From NCBI GenBank assembly GCA_041737595.1, contig JBGSRK010000013.1:1-61328 (forward strand): a stretch of DNA of 61,328 nt, given 5' to 3'. Positions 8,049 to 18,409 of this stretch are shown here, piece after piece. The notes below the pieces were generated by a model, which was not told where the DNA came from, searched no databases, and was given only the letters and a program-made list of their open reading frames with translations. Source of the stretch: Patescibacteria group bacterium (lineage in GTDB: Bacteria; Patescibacteriota; CPR2; UBA1875). Each line of letters opens with the position of its first letter. Positions within the stretch are counted from its first letter, which is position 1. The position numbers and the translations under genes were made by a program.

Positions 8049-8477
8049 CTATTTATTTGTACTTCCAAAACCACCACGTGATTTATTTATAACTTCTTCT
8101 ATTTCTATAAATTTTGGTTTATCAACTCTGACAAAAATCCCTTGTGCTATTTTATCGCCTTTTTTTATTTCAACGTCATTATCTGAGAAATTATAAACAA
8201 GAACTTTAACCTCATCATTCGGCCCACAATAATCATTATCAATAACTCCAATCCCATGAGGTGGTGTTAGCCCTTTTTTAGGAGCACTAGAACGAGAAGC
8301 TATCATAAGCATATAACCTTCTGGTGTCTCTATAATAATATTACCAGGAAGAAGTGCGATCTCTTTTGAGGGTACCTTCGAATCTTCACGAATTAAAATA
8401 TCAAAACCAACTGACCCTTTGGTTTCATAGATTGGGAGAGGAAGTGACTTATCAATTCTTTTAATATTTATTTTCAT
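8049..8477 (-). CDS. dut: dUTP diphosphatase
   Basis: GSVGFDI...GIGVIDNDYCG...KGDKIAQ...SRGGFGSTNK. AT-rich like the host. Confidence 0.9.
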   Translation of the reverse strand: MKINIKRIDKSLPLPIYETKGSVGFDILIREDSKVPSKEIALLPGNIIIETPEGYMLMIASRSSAPKKGLTPPHGIGVIDNDYCGPNDEVKVLVYNFSDNDVEIKKGDKIAQGIFVRVDKPKFIEIEEVINKSRGGFGSTNK

Positions 8478-10415
8478 TTATTTCCTTGTAAAATACCACT
8501 GGAGAGTATCTTTAGCAACTGGGGCCGCAAAAGTTGAACCTTCACCTGCTCCCTCAACTAATATTACCATAGCAATAGTTGGATTATCATAAGGAGCAAA
8601 AGTTTCAAACCAAGCATGCTTTTTTGAATTATTTGGGCCATATTGTGCAGTACCAGTTTTACCAGCAACAGGAACTGGGAGTGTGTTTAATGACCTACCA
8701 GAACCAGATACAATGGTTTCCCTCATCCCTCGTCTAACGATATCTAATGTTTTTTTAGAAATAAAATCTTTTTTAACAACTTCTGAAGATTTTTCAGATT
8801 TTACCTTTCCGTCTGCATCTAATATTGCCTTTGCAAAATGTAGCTTATACATTGTGCCACTATTTGCTATGACTTGAAGCGCATTAACCATTTGAAGTGG
8901 GGTTACTAGCACATCTCCCTGCCCAATAGCCATATTATATGTATTACCTAAATACCAAGGTTCATTTTGGGTTCTTTCTTTCCACTCAGGAGATGGTATA
9001 TGACCCTTGGCTTCACCTCCGATATCAATGCCAACATAATTTGAAAAACCAAATAATTCTAGATATTTTTTCATTAGATCAGGCCCCAAACCTTGTATAT
9101 TTTTATACCCGCCACCAATTGCATAAAAAAATGTATTAACTGATTCAGCGATCGCTTTTACGACATTTGTAGTCCCATGACCACCAGCTTTCCAATCGGG
9201 GAATGACCATTCACCAATACTTATACCCCCTGTAGATTGTACTGTAGTTGATTCTGTAATTTTTCCCTCTTCAAGTGAAGCAGCAGCAATAAATGGTTTT
9301 ATAATTGAACCAGAAGGGTATTCACCAGAAATTACTCTATCAAGAAGTGGACTTGAATCGTCTTTTGTAAGCTTTAAATAATCAGATTCTGATATACCTT
9401 TTGCAAAAAGATTATTGTCATAAGTCGGGAGCGATACAAAAGCTAAAACTTCACCATTTTGTGGGTTAACCGCAACAGCCGCCGCTTTACTAACCTTAGA
9501 AAGTTCCATCTGTTTTGTTAAAGATTCGGTAAGTTTTTTTTGTAGTTCAAAATCTATTGTAAGTTGCATGTTATCACCTAAAATTGGTTCTTCAGAGCCG
9601 TAGGTTCTAATAACTTTCCCCTTTGAATCAACCTCAACTCTTTCAGCCCCTGATTTCCCTCGCAAAATAGTTTCAAAAGATTTCTCTAAACCTGATTTAC
9701 CTATGAAATCTGTTAAGATATAGCCTAAATTTTTATTTTTATTATATTCATCCTCTGATACTCTTCCAACATATCCAAAAACGTGAGAAAGTAATCCATT
9801 ATCCAAATATTCACGAATTGGGTTTATTGAAACATAAAATCCGCGGAGCTCAGTTTGTCTAGATTCAAATATTAAAGAGATATCCCTCGAAACTGTCTTT
9901 GAGATTAAAATTGATTGAGAAGATGTTAACCCTTTTGATTCTGCTATCTTTTTTATTTCTGCGACTGGCATATCTATTGTTTCTGATAATCTTTGGAAAA
10001 CCTTATCTCTATCTTTATTATCTTTTGGTAAATCATTTGGGATTACTGTTATTTCATAGTTTGGAATATTTTTCACAAGAGGTGTCATAAATCTATCATA
10101 AAATAATCCGCGAGGGGCTCTTATTACTTGTGGCCTAAATCTATTTTCCTGGGCATAAGAAAGACTATTTTTACCATCAATAACCTGTAAATAAAAACTT
10201 CTTCCCATTAAAACAATAAAAAATATGGCAATTATCCAAAATAAACCATAAAATTTATTAATTGATTTTTCGTCTTCAACAGTCGGGGCTTCATTATCTG
10301 ATGATAAAATACCATAAACCCACCTCTCATTAGTTGAATGCTTAGTTGAGGTTACATGAGTATTCTTTGATTTTACTCCAGTTAATGGAGCAAATACGTT
10401 TCTTTTATTTTTCAT
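8478..10415 (-). CDS. mrdA: Penicillin-binding protein 2 (elongasome transpeptidase)
   Basis: 645 aa with an N-terminal TM segment; motifs PSGSIIKP (SxxK), SVN (SxN) and AGKTGTAQ (KTG). Positioned after mreBCD. Confidence 0.85.
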   Translation of the reverse strand: MKNKRNVFAPLTGVKSKNTHVTSTKHSTNERWVYGILSSDNEAPTVEDEKSINKFYGLFWIIAIFFIVLMGRSFYLQVIDGKNSLSYAQENRFRPQVIRAPRGLFYDRFMTPLVKNIPNYEITVIPNDLPKDNKDRDKVFQRLSETIDMPVAEIKKIAESKGLTSSQSILISKTVSRDISLIFESRQTELRGFYVSINPIREYLDNGLLSHVFGYVGRVSEDEYNKNKNLGYILTDFIGKSGLEKSFETILRGKSGAERVEVDSKGKVIRTYGSEEPILGDNMQLTIDFELQKKLTESLTKQMELSKVSKAAAVAVNPQNGEVLAFVSLPTYDNNLFAKGISESDYLKLTKDDSSPLLDRVISGEYPSGSIIKPFIAAASLEEGKITESTTVQSTGGISIGEWSFPDWKAGGHGTTNVVKAIAESVNTFFYAIGGGYKNIQGLGPDLMKKYLELFGFSNYVGIDIGGEAKGHIPSPEWKERTQNEPWYLGNTYNMAIGQGDVLVTPLQMVNALQVIANSGTMYKLHFAKAILDADGKVKSEKSSEVVKKDFISKKTLDIVRRGMRETIVSGSGRSLNTLPVPVAGKTGTAQYGPNNSKKHAWFETFAPYDNPTIAMVILVEGAGEGSTFAAPVAKDTLQWYFTRK

Positions 10416-10918
10416 CTTCTTTTTAATTTATCTTCGAGTGAGACTATTTTCTCAAAATACCATATCGAAAATACATATATGAGTATAGCATATATCATAT
10501 TTACAAGCAGAAATGAAAGTGCCGGAATAATTAATGATTTATCTATAATAACTTTATCAAAATAGATAAATAATATTTGGGTTGTAATTGTACCAACAAG
10601 AGCAATAAATGAAATAATAGAAAAGCTCTGAAACGATAATGTTTTCATCCCCTCTTGATACATATATCTAACTGCCCCAGATATTAGGAGGAAAATTACA
10701 AGATACATACCAAAAGGATAAGATGAATATATATCAAAAATTATTCCAAAAAAGGCCGCTAGTAAAATTGGTTCAAATCCTTTTCTAAAATTTGAAAGGG
10801 CAACTAAAAAAAATATTGGCAATATTGGGGCAACACCAAATATTTTAAGGTTGGGTAAAAAACTCAAACTTAAAAAACTTAAAAAAATCATCATTAAAAA
10901 ATTTAAAATATATATCAT
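10412..10918 (-). CDS. mreD: Rod shape-determining protein MreD (polytopic membrane protein)
   Basis: 168 aa, entirely hydrophobic helices, between mreC and mrdA with a 4-nt overlap. Confidence 0.65.
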   Translation of the reverse strand: MIYILNFLMMIFLSFLSLSFLPNLKIFGVAPILPIFFLVALSNFRKGFEPILLAAFFGIIFDIYSSYPFGMYLVIFLLISGAVRYMYQEGMKTLSFQSFSIISFIALVGTITTQILFIYFDKVIIDKSLIIPALSFLLVNMIYAILIYVFSIWYFEKIVSLEDKLKRR

Positions 10919-10919
10919 A

Positions 10920-11708
10920 TTACTTTTTTATTATTATAATACCGGATAGATTACTTAAACCAGTTTCTGGTTTGATTTCTGCAGTTACAAATAAAGAGTT
11001 TTCTTGTTTTGATATGGTCGTAATGGTTCCAAGTATTAACCCCTTAGGAATTTCCCCACCCAGTCCAGATGAAATAACCGTATCTCCCTTATTAACTAAT
11101 TGCCCTTGTGGTATTTTTTCCATAGAAAGACCATACCCTATTTGCCCTTTTGCAATTCCATTAGTAGTTGATTGTTGAAGTGTCACGGGGATTGCTGATG
11201 TTGGGTCTGTTACAAGTTGAACTCGTGCACTATTTTTTGAAACATCAATAAGTCTTCCAACTAAAAAACCTTCAGAAATAACAGCCATTCCATTTGAAAG
11301 ACCGTTATTGCTTCCTTTATTAATTGTAATCATACCTCTTAAATTTGATGGGTCATATGATACAACTTGGGCCGTTTCATAAATGTAATTACCACTATTT
11401 AAAAAGCCTAAATCGCTACGTAGTTTTTCGTTTTCCTTTTTGGCCTCTGTTAGTTGAGCTAATTCTGCTTGAAGTTTATTTACAGTATCTTTTAATTGGG
11501 CATTTTCAGTTTGTAATTTAGATAAATTAAATAGGCTTGTGAAAGTTCCAGATGTTTTATTTGAGGTTTGAGAAAAAACTATCAAAACTGGTGATGTAGC
11601 TTTTCGTAAATAACCGAATGTATTATCTAAAAATCCTTTACTTTCAATAAATATAAGAATAGAGGCAAAGACTATTACTAAAAATATTATCGATAATTTT
11701 TTTTGCAT
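10920..11708 (-). CDS. mreC: Rod shape-determining protein MreC
   Basis: N-terminal TM segment, coiled coil (LQTENAQLKDTVNKLQAELAQL), then beta-rich domains with G.VG.V..V......V.L..D motifs. Confidence 0.8.
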   Translation of the reverse strand: MQKKLSIIFLVIVFASILIFIESKGFLDNTFGYLRKATSPVLIVFSQTSNKTSGTFTSLFNLSKLQTENAQLKDTVNKLQAELAQLTEAKKENEKLRSDLGFLNSGNYIYETAQVVSYDPSNLRGMITINKGSNNGLSNGMAVISEGFLVGRLIDVSKNSARVQLVTDPTSAIPVTLQQSTTNGIAKGQIGYGLSMEKIPQGQLVNKGDTVISSGLGGEIPKGLILGTITTISKQENSLFVTAEIKPETGLSNLSGIIIIKK

Positions 11709-11732
11709 AATTTTCCCTCTGAAATTAAATAA

Positions 11733-12788
11733 TTAAACCCTAGGAGATTTTTCGTGCTGAGTTGTCGCAAGTACGCCTTTTAATTTATCAAGATCTTCAA
11801 GAACTAATCCTGCCCCTCGAACTACACAAGTTAAAGGATCATCTGCAATATGAACTGGCATTTTAGTATTTAAAGAAATCAATTTATCAAGACCACGTAA
11901 GAGTGCTCCACCACCAGCAATTACAACACCTTTATCCATTATATCTGCAACTAACTCAGGTGGAGTTTCTTCAATAGTCATTTTTACTGAATCAACAATT
12001 GTTTGCACAGATTTAGATAACGCCCCACGTATTTGATCAGAATCAACTTTTATGGCTTTAGGTAACCCAGTTACTAAATCTCTTCCTCTCATTATTGCTT
12101 CTAATTTTTTATCTATTTGATAGGCAGAACCAATTTTCATTTTTATATCTTCGGCCGTTCTCTCACCTAACATTAAATTAAACTCATCACGAGCAAATTG
12201 AATTATATCTTCATTTAATTCATCCCCAGCAATTCGGAGTGAGCGGGAAGCAACAATCCCACCAAGAGAAATAACTGCAACCTCAGTTGTACCACCACCA
12301 ATATCAACAATCATCGAGCCTGCAGCTTCTTGTACCGGAAGTCTAGCTCCAATTGCAGCAGCCATTGGCTCTTCTATTAAAAAGGCTTGTCTTGCTCCAG
12401 CATTGAGTGTTGCGTTTTCTACAGCTCTTTTTTCTACCTCTGTTACCCCACTTGGGATTCCAATTACAACTCTTGGACGCGGAAATATAGTAAAACTTTC
12501 TCGGTGAACTTTTTCAATAAAATATTTAAGCATATATTCTGTTACTTCAAAGTCTGAAACAACTCCATCTACAAGTGGCCTTGTCGCAACAATATTTGCA
12601 GGGGTTCTCCCCACCATTGCCTTTGCATCGTTCCCAACCGCAAGGACTTGTCTAGTTTTTTGGTTCATTGAAACAACAGAAGGTTCATTAATCACAATCC
12701 CCTTACCTTTAACATATATTAAAGTATTGGCCGTTCCCAAATCGACCCCGATATCGTGACTAAAATATCCAAATATTTTATTTAACAT
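11733..12788 (-). CDS. mreB: Rod shape-determining protein MreB (actin homolog)
   Basis: DIGVDLGTANTLIY...IVINEPS...VVIGIPSG.TEVE.RA...DIGGGTTEVAVISLGG. Confidence 0.95.
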   Translation of the reverse strand: MLNKIFGYFSHDIGVDLGTANTLIYVKGKGIVINEPSVVSMNQKTRQVLAVGNDAKAMVGRTPANIVATRPLVDGVVSDFEVTEYMLKYFIEKVHRESFTIFPRPRVVIGIPSGVTEVEKRAVENATLNAGARQAFLIEEPMAAAIGARLPVQEAAGSMIVDIGGGTTEVAVISLGGIVASRSLRIAGDELNEDIIQFARDEFNLMLGERTAEDIKMKIGSAYQIDKKLEAIMRGRDLVTGLPKAIKVDSDQIRGALSKSVQTIVDSVKMTIEETPPELVADIMDKGVVIAGGGALLRGLDKLISLNTKMPVHIADDPLTCVVRGAGLVLEDLDKLKGVLATTQHEKSPRV

Positions 12789-12791
12789 TTT

Positions 12792-14225
12792 TTAGTAAGC
12801 CTTTGCAAAATATACTTTATACTTAGCCTTATCGGAACAGTGAAAACATTTATCACTTGGACCAACCTTCATATTTTCTGGGATGACTCTTGTAGTTGCT
12901 GAAGTTTCCTCTTTTATTTTAGCTTCGCATTCTTTTCCACCACACCATGAAGCTAAATAAAAACCTTTTTTATCTAAAATATCTTTTTTAAATGATTCAT
13001 AATTATCTACTTTATGTGTATTACTATTTCTTAGATTTAGAGCATCTGTATATAGCTCTTCTTGAATTTGGTATAACTCTTTTTCGATATCTAGATTGGA
13101 TATTTTTACTACATTTTTCCCTGGTCTATTCCTTTTTACTACCATTACAGACTTTTCTGAAAGATCTTTTGGACCAATTTCAATTCTTAAAGGAACACCT
13201 TTAATCTCCCATTCTGTAGATTTCCACCCAAAACTCATATTATCTCTATCATCAATTTTAATTCTAAGTATACCTTTATATTTTTCTTTAATTTTTTCTG
13301 CTTCTGCAATAACTGCTTTTTTTTCTTTTTCGTCCTTAAAAATAGGGATTATTACAGCTTGGGTTGGAGCAACAAGTGGAGGAAGAATAAGACCTTTATC
13401 ATCACCATGAGTTAAAATTAGTGCTCCTATCATTCTTGTAGTCATCCCCCAACTTGATTGCCAACCATATTTTCTTTTTCCATCTTTATCTTCAAATTGA
13501 ATATCAAAAACTTTTGAAAAATTTTGACCAAGATTATGGGAAGTTGCAGACTGTAGTGCTTTACCATCCTTAAGTAAAGCTTCTGTAGAAAGAGTATAAA
13601 CTGCCCCAGCAAATTTTTCTGACTCAGATTTCTTCCCAACATAGAGTGGTATAGCTAAAGTATTTTCAATAAATTTTCTATATTCAACTAAACGTTCATG
13701 AGTCAGCTCATCAACTTCCTTTTCAGTGGCAAGAACACTATGGCCTTCTTGCCATAAAAATTCTGAAGTTCTAATAAATGGTTTTGTTTTCTTTTCCCAA
13801 CGAACAATATTACACCATTGGTTTATATGAAAAGGCAAATCGCGATATGAACTAATCCACCTAGAAAAAGTATCATACATAATTGTTTCTGATGTTGGTC
13901 GAATGACAATTGGTTCAGTTAGCTTTTCCCCACCTGCAATAGTCACAACCGCAAGCTCTGGTGAAAAACCCTCAACATGTTCTTTTTCTTTATTTAAAAA
14001 ACTCTCGGGTATAAATAATGGGAAATATGCATTTTCAATGCCTTTCTCTTTAATCATGCCATCAAATATCCGTTGAATATTTTCCCAAATAGCATAGCCA
14101 TAAGGCCGAATTATCATTGTTCCCTTAACTGGTCCATAATCTGCAAGCTCAGCAAGTTTTACAACATCTGTATACCAATCTGAAAAACTAACTGATTGTT
14201 TTGTAAGAATAGATTTATTTGACAT
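12792..14225 (-). CDS. proS: Prolyl-tRNA synthetase, archaeal/eukaryote-like form
   Basis: 477 aa with class II motifs and a C-terminal Cys-containing domain ending ...FAKAY. Confidence 0.9.
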   Translation of the reverse strand: MSNKSILTKQSVSFSDWYTDVVKLAELADYGPVKGTMIIRPYGYAIWENIQRIFDGMIKEKGIENAYFPLFIPESFLNKEKEHVEGFSPELAVVTIAGGEKLTEPIVIRPTSETIMYDTFSRWISSYRDLPFHINQWCNIVRWEKKTKPFIRTSEFLWQEGHSVLATEKEVDELTHERLVEYRKFIENTLAIPLYVGKKSESEKFAGAVYTLSTEALLKDGKALQSATSHNLGQNFSKVFDIQFEDKDGKRKYGWQSSWGMTTRMIGALILTHGDDKGLILPPLVAPTQAVIIPIFKDEKEKKAVIAEAEKIKEKYKGILRIKIDDRDNMSFGWKSTEWEIKGVPLRIEIGPKDLSEKSVMVVKRNRPGKNVVKISNLDIEKELYQIQEELYTDALNLRNSNTHKVDNYESFKKDILDKKGFYLASWCGGKECEAKIKEETSATTRVIPENMKVGPSDKCFHCSDKAKYKVYFAKAY

Positions 14226-15403
14226 TAAAATAATCCTTTCAAAAAGCTAAATACACCGATACGACTCAAGTCGCCAATTGTAACTACTGCCATTAATAAC
14301 AATAATAGACTAAAACCTACATAATTAACAACATTCTTATATTGAGATGAAATTTCTTTCCCTAAAATTTTTTCAATCCCAAGAAATAAAATATGCCCAC
14401 CATCAAGTGCTGGGAAAGGTAATATATTAAGAAGTGCCACTGCCACAGACAAAACTGCCATTAGTTGAATAAGTGTCATAAAACCAAGTTTTGCTGCTGC
14501 ACCTGAAATTTGAGCAATTGCAATTGGGCCACCTACATCTTTAGATATTTTAAATTCTGTGAAAATTTGTTTGAAAAAATCGAACAGACCAACTGAATTA
14601 AGTTTTATAATATTACCAGTTTGAGATGCTGCTACAATTGGGGCTGCCCACCAAGAAGATTTAATATTACCCTTTTCAACCATTGTAATCCCAACTCTTT
14701 GAACATCTGCCGTAATGCCAGATTCTGTTATGGTTTCTTTATAAGTAGTAATATTTTTTACTAATTCTTCACCATTTCTTTCAATTTTCAATTCTACTTG
14801 TTTATCACTTAAATCAGAACCTTCATTTTGAACATAAGTGAAAACACTGCTCATATCGGAAACTGTCTTACCGTCTACTGAAACAATAATATCATCTTGT
14901 CTAATGTCAGCTTTTTCTGCTGGGGTATCTTTTGTTACTTCACTTATATAAACTTTCTGATTATTTTCAATTAATTTCGAATTATACATATTAGGAAGCA
15001 ATGGAGAACCACCAAATAAATAAAATATAGTTAAAAGAAGCCAAGTAAGCAAAATATTCATTGATATACCAGCCCCAAAAATTACTGCTCTTTGCCAAGG
15101 TTTCTTATTTTGTAAATTAGCTGGATTTTTAGTTTCTTTTTTATATAAAGCAAGGACTTCTTTTGAGGTTTCTTTTGGATCAACCCCAACTTCACCTAAA
15201 AGTTTTACATAACCTCCAATTGGAATGGCATTTATGGCATATTCTGTGTCACCAACTTTTTTACCCCAAATTTTAGGGGGGAAACCAAATGCAAATTCAT
15301 CAACTCTCACTTTAAATGCTTTTGCCGCGAGATAATGTCCAAGTTCATGAACAAATACTAATATCCCAAAAACAAATATAAAAGCTAAAATTGTAATTAA
15401 CAT
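14225..15403 (-). CDS. rseP: RIP site-2 metalloprotease (M50, RseP-like) with PDZ domain
   Basis: HELGHYLAA (HExxH) in TM1, a PDZ-like middle region, and NILPFPALDGGH near the C-terminus. Confidence 0.85.
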   Translation of the reverse strand: MLITILAFIFVFGILVFVHELGHYLAAKAFKVRVDEFAFGFPPKIWGKKVGDTEYAINAIPIGGYVKLLGEVGVDPKETSKEVLALYKKETKNPANLQNKKPWQRAVIFGAGISMNILLTWLLLTIFYLFGGSPLLPNMYNSKLIENNQKVYISEVTKDTPAEKADIRQDDIIVSVDGKTVSDMSSVFTYVQNEGSDLSDKQVELKIERNGEELVKNITTYKETITESGITADVQRVGITMVEKGNIKSSWWAAPIVAASQTGNIIKLNSVGLFDFFKQIFTEFKISKDVGGPIAIAQISGAAAKLGFMTLIQLMAVLSVAVALLNILPFPALDGGHILFLGIEKILGKEISSQYKNVVNYVGFSLLLLLMAVVTIGDLSRIGVFSFLKGLF

Positions 15404-16101
15404 TTCCCAAACCTCCTATCTCTATCATTAAACTCACGAATAACATCTTCTAGCGCTGCCATATCAAAATCAGGCCAGTGGTTTTGTATGAAATATAATT
15501 CACTATAAGCCGATTGCCACATCATAAAATTCGAAAGTCTTTTTTCTCCCGATGTTCTGACAATCATGTCAGGATCAGGCTGACCAGCTTCATAAATATA
15601 TTCATTAAATTTTTTTTCATCTATTTCTTCAGGTTTTAGATTATCTTTTATAATTCTTTGAACCGCCTGTAAAATTTCGATTCGTCCACCGTAAGAAAAT
15701 GCAATATTAAAGGTTAAAGATTTATTATCTTTTGTATCATCCATAACCTTATGGATCCCTTTTTGGATGTCCTCTTCAAAATCTTCTATGCGACCTATAA
15801 TATTAACTTTAACATCTTTTTCGTGTAGTTTTTTTGCAGTCTTTTTTAACATTTCACGAAAAAGATCCATTAAATATTTAACTTCTTCTTTTGATCTACC
15901 CCAATTTTCAGTTGAAAAAGCATAAACCGTAACATACTTAATCCCTTTTTCAATACAATTATCTGCGAGTTCTGTTAAGCGGTTAAATCCCCTTCTATGA
16001 CCTTCAAGTTGTGGCAGGTTATTTGCTTTCGCCCATCTACGATTACCATCTAATATAAACCCAACGTGAGTTGGGACTTTCATTTTACTAATGTCAGACA
16101 A
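15397..16101 (-). CDS. uppS: Undecaprenyl diphosphate synthase
   Basis: HVGFILDGNRRWA...YVTVYAFSTENW.R...RTSGE.RLSNF..WQ..YSE. Confidence 0.9.
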   Translation of the reverse strand: MSDISKMKVPTHVGFILDGNRRWAKANNLPQLEGHRRGFNRLTELADNCIEKGIKYVTVYAFSTENWGRSKEEVKYLMDLFREMLKKTAKKLHEKDVKVNIIGRIEDFEEDIQKGIHKVMDDTKDNKSLTFNIAFSYGGRIEILQAVQRIIKDNLKPEEIDEKKFNEYIYEAGQPDPDMIVRTSGEKRLSNFMMWQSAYSELYFIQNHWPDFDMAALEDVIREFNDRDRRFGKC

Positions 16102-16656
16102 TTAAACCTCCCTCAGTTCTATTTCTTTTGCGTTAAAAATTTCTTCTATTTTTTTATTCATTAGATCAACATATTTATTAATCTCGTCTTCTCGGCGGTA
16201 AAGATCATCTTCAGAAATAGCCCCTTCGTTTTTAGCTTTTTTTGTTTTTTCCCAAACTTCATGTCTTGCGTTTCTTATCCCGACTTTCGCTTCTTCGGCT
16301 TTTTCTTTAGCAAGTTTTACATATTCATTTCTTCTATCTTCCGTTAAATCTGGAATGTTTACTCGAATAGCATCGCCACTGTTTACAATCCCAAAACCTA
16401 AATTAGAATCACGAAGCGCATTTTCTATTTGTACCAAATTCCCCTTATCCCATGGCTGGATTGCAATCGATCTAGAATCTGTAACTGTAATATTTGCAAC
16501 CTGTTTAACTGGTGATTTTGTACCATAAACATCAACCAAGACATCTGAAACAAGCCCTGTTGTTGCTCTACCTGTATGAATATTTGCAAGTTCTGTCTCT
16601 AAATATTCGAGTGTCTTTTCTGAGCCATCCTTTAGATCTTTCATATAATCATCCAT
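16102..16656 (-). CDS. frr: Ribosome recycling factor
   Basis: 184 aa. ...L..IHTGRAT..L...V.VD.YG...P..QVA.I...D.R...I.PWD. Confidence 0.95.
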   Translation of the reverse strand: MDDYMKDLKDGSEKTLEYLETELANIHTGRATTGLVSDVLVDVYGTKSPVKQVANITVTDSRSIAIQPWDKGNLVQIENALRDSNLGFGIVNSGDAIRVNIPDLTEDRRNEYVKLAKEKAEEAKVGIRNARHEVWEKTKKAKNEGAISEDDLYRREDEINKYVDLMNKKIEEIFNAKEIELREV

Positions 16657-16668
16657 AGTAACCTCCGT

Positions 16669-17259
16669 TTATTTACCTAGTTCGTAACGTACAAATCTTT
16701 TAATTTCGATTTTTTCACCAATAGATACTAATTTATCATTCAATAGATCGCGAATTTTAATTGATGGGTCTTTTATATAATCTTGATCTAAAAGACAATT
16801 TTGTTCATAAAATTTTTCTATTTTACCTTCTAAAATTTTTTCTATCATTTCTGCGGGTTTACCTTCATTTTTTAACTTTTCTGATTCAATCTCTTTTTCC
16901 TTATCAATTATTTCCTTTGGAATTTCTTCCCTGGAAATATATGTTGGAGAAGATGCTGCAACTTGCATTGCAATCTCTTTTGCAAAATTCTGAAAGTCTT
17001 CATTTTTTGCTACAAAATCAGTTTCTGAGTTAACTTCAACCATAGCACCAATTCGACCACCATGAGAATAGGTAATAATTATTCCCTCTTTAGCTTCTCT
17101 ATCTGCTCTTTTTGCAGCAGAAGCTGCACCTTTTTTTCTAAGATATTCAATAGCCTTATCATAATCCCCTTTTGATTCCTCAAGGGCTTTTTTACAGTCA
17201 GACATCCCAGCACCAGTAGATTCTCTTAATGCTTTTATGTCATCTAAAGAAATTCCCAT
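16669..17259 (-). CDS. tsf: Elongation factor Ts (short form)
   Basis: IKALRESTGAGMSDCKKALEE..GD.DKAIEYLRKKG. Its start overlaps the rpsB stop by 1 nt. Confidence 0.9.
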   Translation of the reverse strand: MGISLDDIKALRESTGAGMSDCKKALEESKGDYDKAIEYLRKKGAASAAKRADREAKEGIIITYSHGGRIGAMVEVNSETDFVAKNEDFQNFAKEIAMQVAASSPTYISREEIPKEIIDKEKEIESEKLKNEGKPAEMIEKILEGKIEKFYEQNCLLDQDYIKDPSIKIRDLLNDKLVSIGEKIEIKRFVRYELGK

Positions 17260-18101
17260 TATTTATCCTCCTTGACCTTTGTTTTTTTAACAACAGTTTT
17301 TTCTTCAGCCTTCATTTCAATCTTTTCAAGCTTTTCATCTGTTTTATCTTCAGTTTCTTTTTCTTCTTTATTTTCTTGTATCAATTCTGCTTCTATTTCT
17401 GCAAAAGACTTTTTATTTTCTGAAATAGATTCTGAAATTTTATCCGCAATATATTTAACCGATCTCACTGCGTCATCATTTCCAGGAATTATATATTCTA
17501 CATTTGGGTTTGAATTAGTATCAGCTATCCCAATAACAGGTATTCCTAACTTTTGAGCTTCCTTTACTGCAATTGATTCTTTTAAAAGATCTGCGACAAA
17601 AACTACGTCTGGGGCTTTTTTCATCTCTTTAACCCCTTCAAAAACACTATTTAGTTTTTCAAGTTCTCTTTTAATTGTTAATGCTTCTTTTTTAGTTAAA
17701 GTAACACCTTTAACATTTGTAGTTTCATCTCCTGAACCAAGTTTTTCCTCAGAATCTTTCATATATTTTAATCTAGAAAGAACAGTAATAAAATTAGTTA
17801 AAAGACCACCTGGCCATCTTTCAGCAATAAACGGCATCCCAGCATTTCTTGCAGCTTCTTTTATAATCTCTTTTGTTTGATTCTTTGTCCCCACAAACAA
17901 AATTGTTCCACCCTTACTTGATACATCTGAAACAAACTTAATTGCTTCTTCGAGTGCTTTTTTAGTCTTTGATAAATCAAAGATATGTACTCCATTTTTT
18001 TCGGCATAAATAAAAGGTGCCATTTTTGGGTTCCAACGGTCGCTTTTATGCCCAAAGTGTACACCTGCCTCTAACATTTCTTTTAAAGAAATTTCTGTCA
18101 T
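17259..18101 (-). CDS. rpsB: 30S ribosomal protein S2 with an E/K-rich C-terminal tail
   Basis: MLEAGVHFGH...RWNPKM..FI. Start moved to ATG 18101 (GGAGGAAAAAAAGGAG upstream). Confidence 0.9.
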   Translation of the reverse strand: MTEISLKEMLEAGVHFGHKSDRWNPKMAPFIYAEKNGVHIFDLSKTKKALEEAIKFVSDVSSKGGTILFVGTKNQTKEIIKEAARNAGMPFIAERWPGGLLTNFITVLSRLKYMKDSEEKLGSGDETTNVKGVTLTKKEALTIKRELEKLNSVFEGVKEMKKAPDVVFVADLLKESIAVKEAQKLGIPVIGIADTNSNPNVEYIIPGNDDAVRSVKYIADKISESISENKKSFAEIEAELIQENKEEKETEDKTDEKLEKIEMKAEEKTVVKKTKVKEDK

Positions 18102-18240
18102 ATTGTCTCCTTTTTTTCCTCCGTTCCTCTCATCTGCCTTAAAACCCATATTACGGGAGGAATAAAGCATCAAGAAACGTGTGATTTTTAATACGTGCAT
18201 AAATAATAGCACTTTCTAATCTATATTTCAATAATTATTT

Positions 18241-18312
18241 AGGGAGGACGGACCTTCCGGAAGGTCCGTCCTTTGAATTAATAGATTGTCGCGCTAACGC
18301 TCGCAAAGACAA
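18241..18312. repeat. 72-nt composite repeat, copy 2
   Basis: See 2098-2169. It is followed by the AAAAAGGGACTGTCCCTTTTT palindrome (18322-18342). Confidence 0.85.
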
Positions 18313-18370
18313 AAGGATGGTAAAAAGGGACTGTCCCTTTTTAAATTTTTTAATCAGGTTAAATATTTAC

Positions 18371-18399
18371 TTGAAAAAATGTTTTATTTCAGATATAAT
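18371..18399 (+). promoter_or_regulatory. rpmE promoter, near-leaderless
   Basis: TTGAAA (18371-18376), 17-nt spacer, TATAAT (18394-18399). The ATG follows 10 nt later and no SD is present. Confidence 0.6.
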
Positions 18400-18409
18400 T
18401 ATCGTTGTT

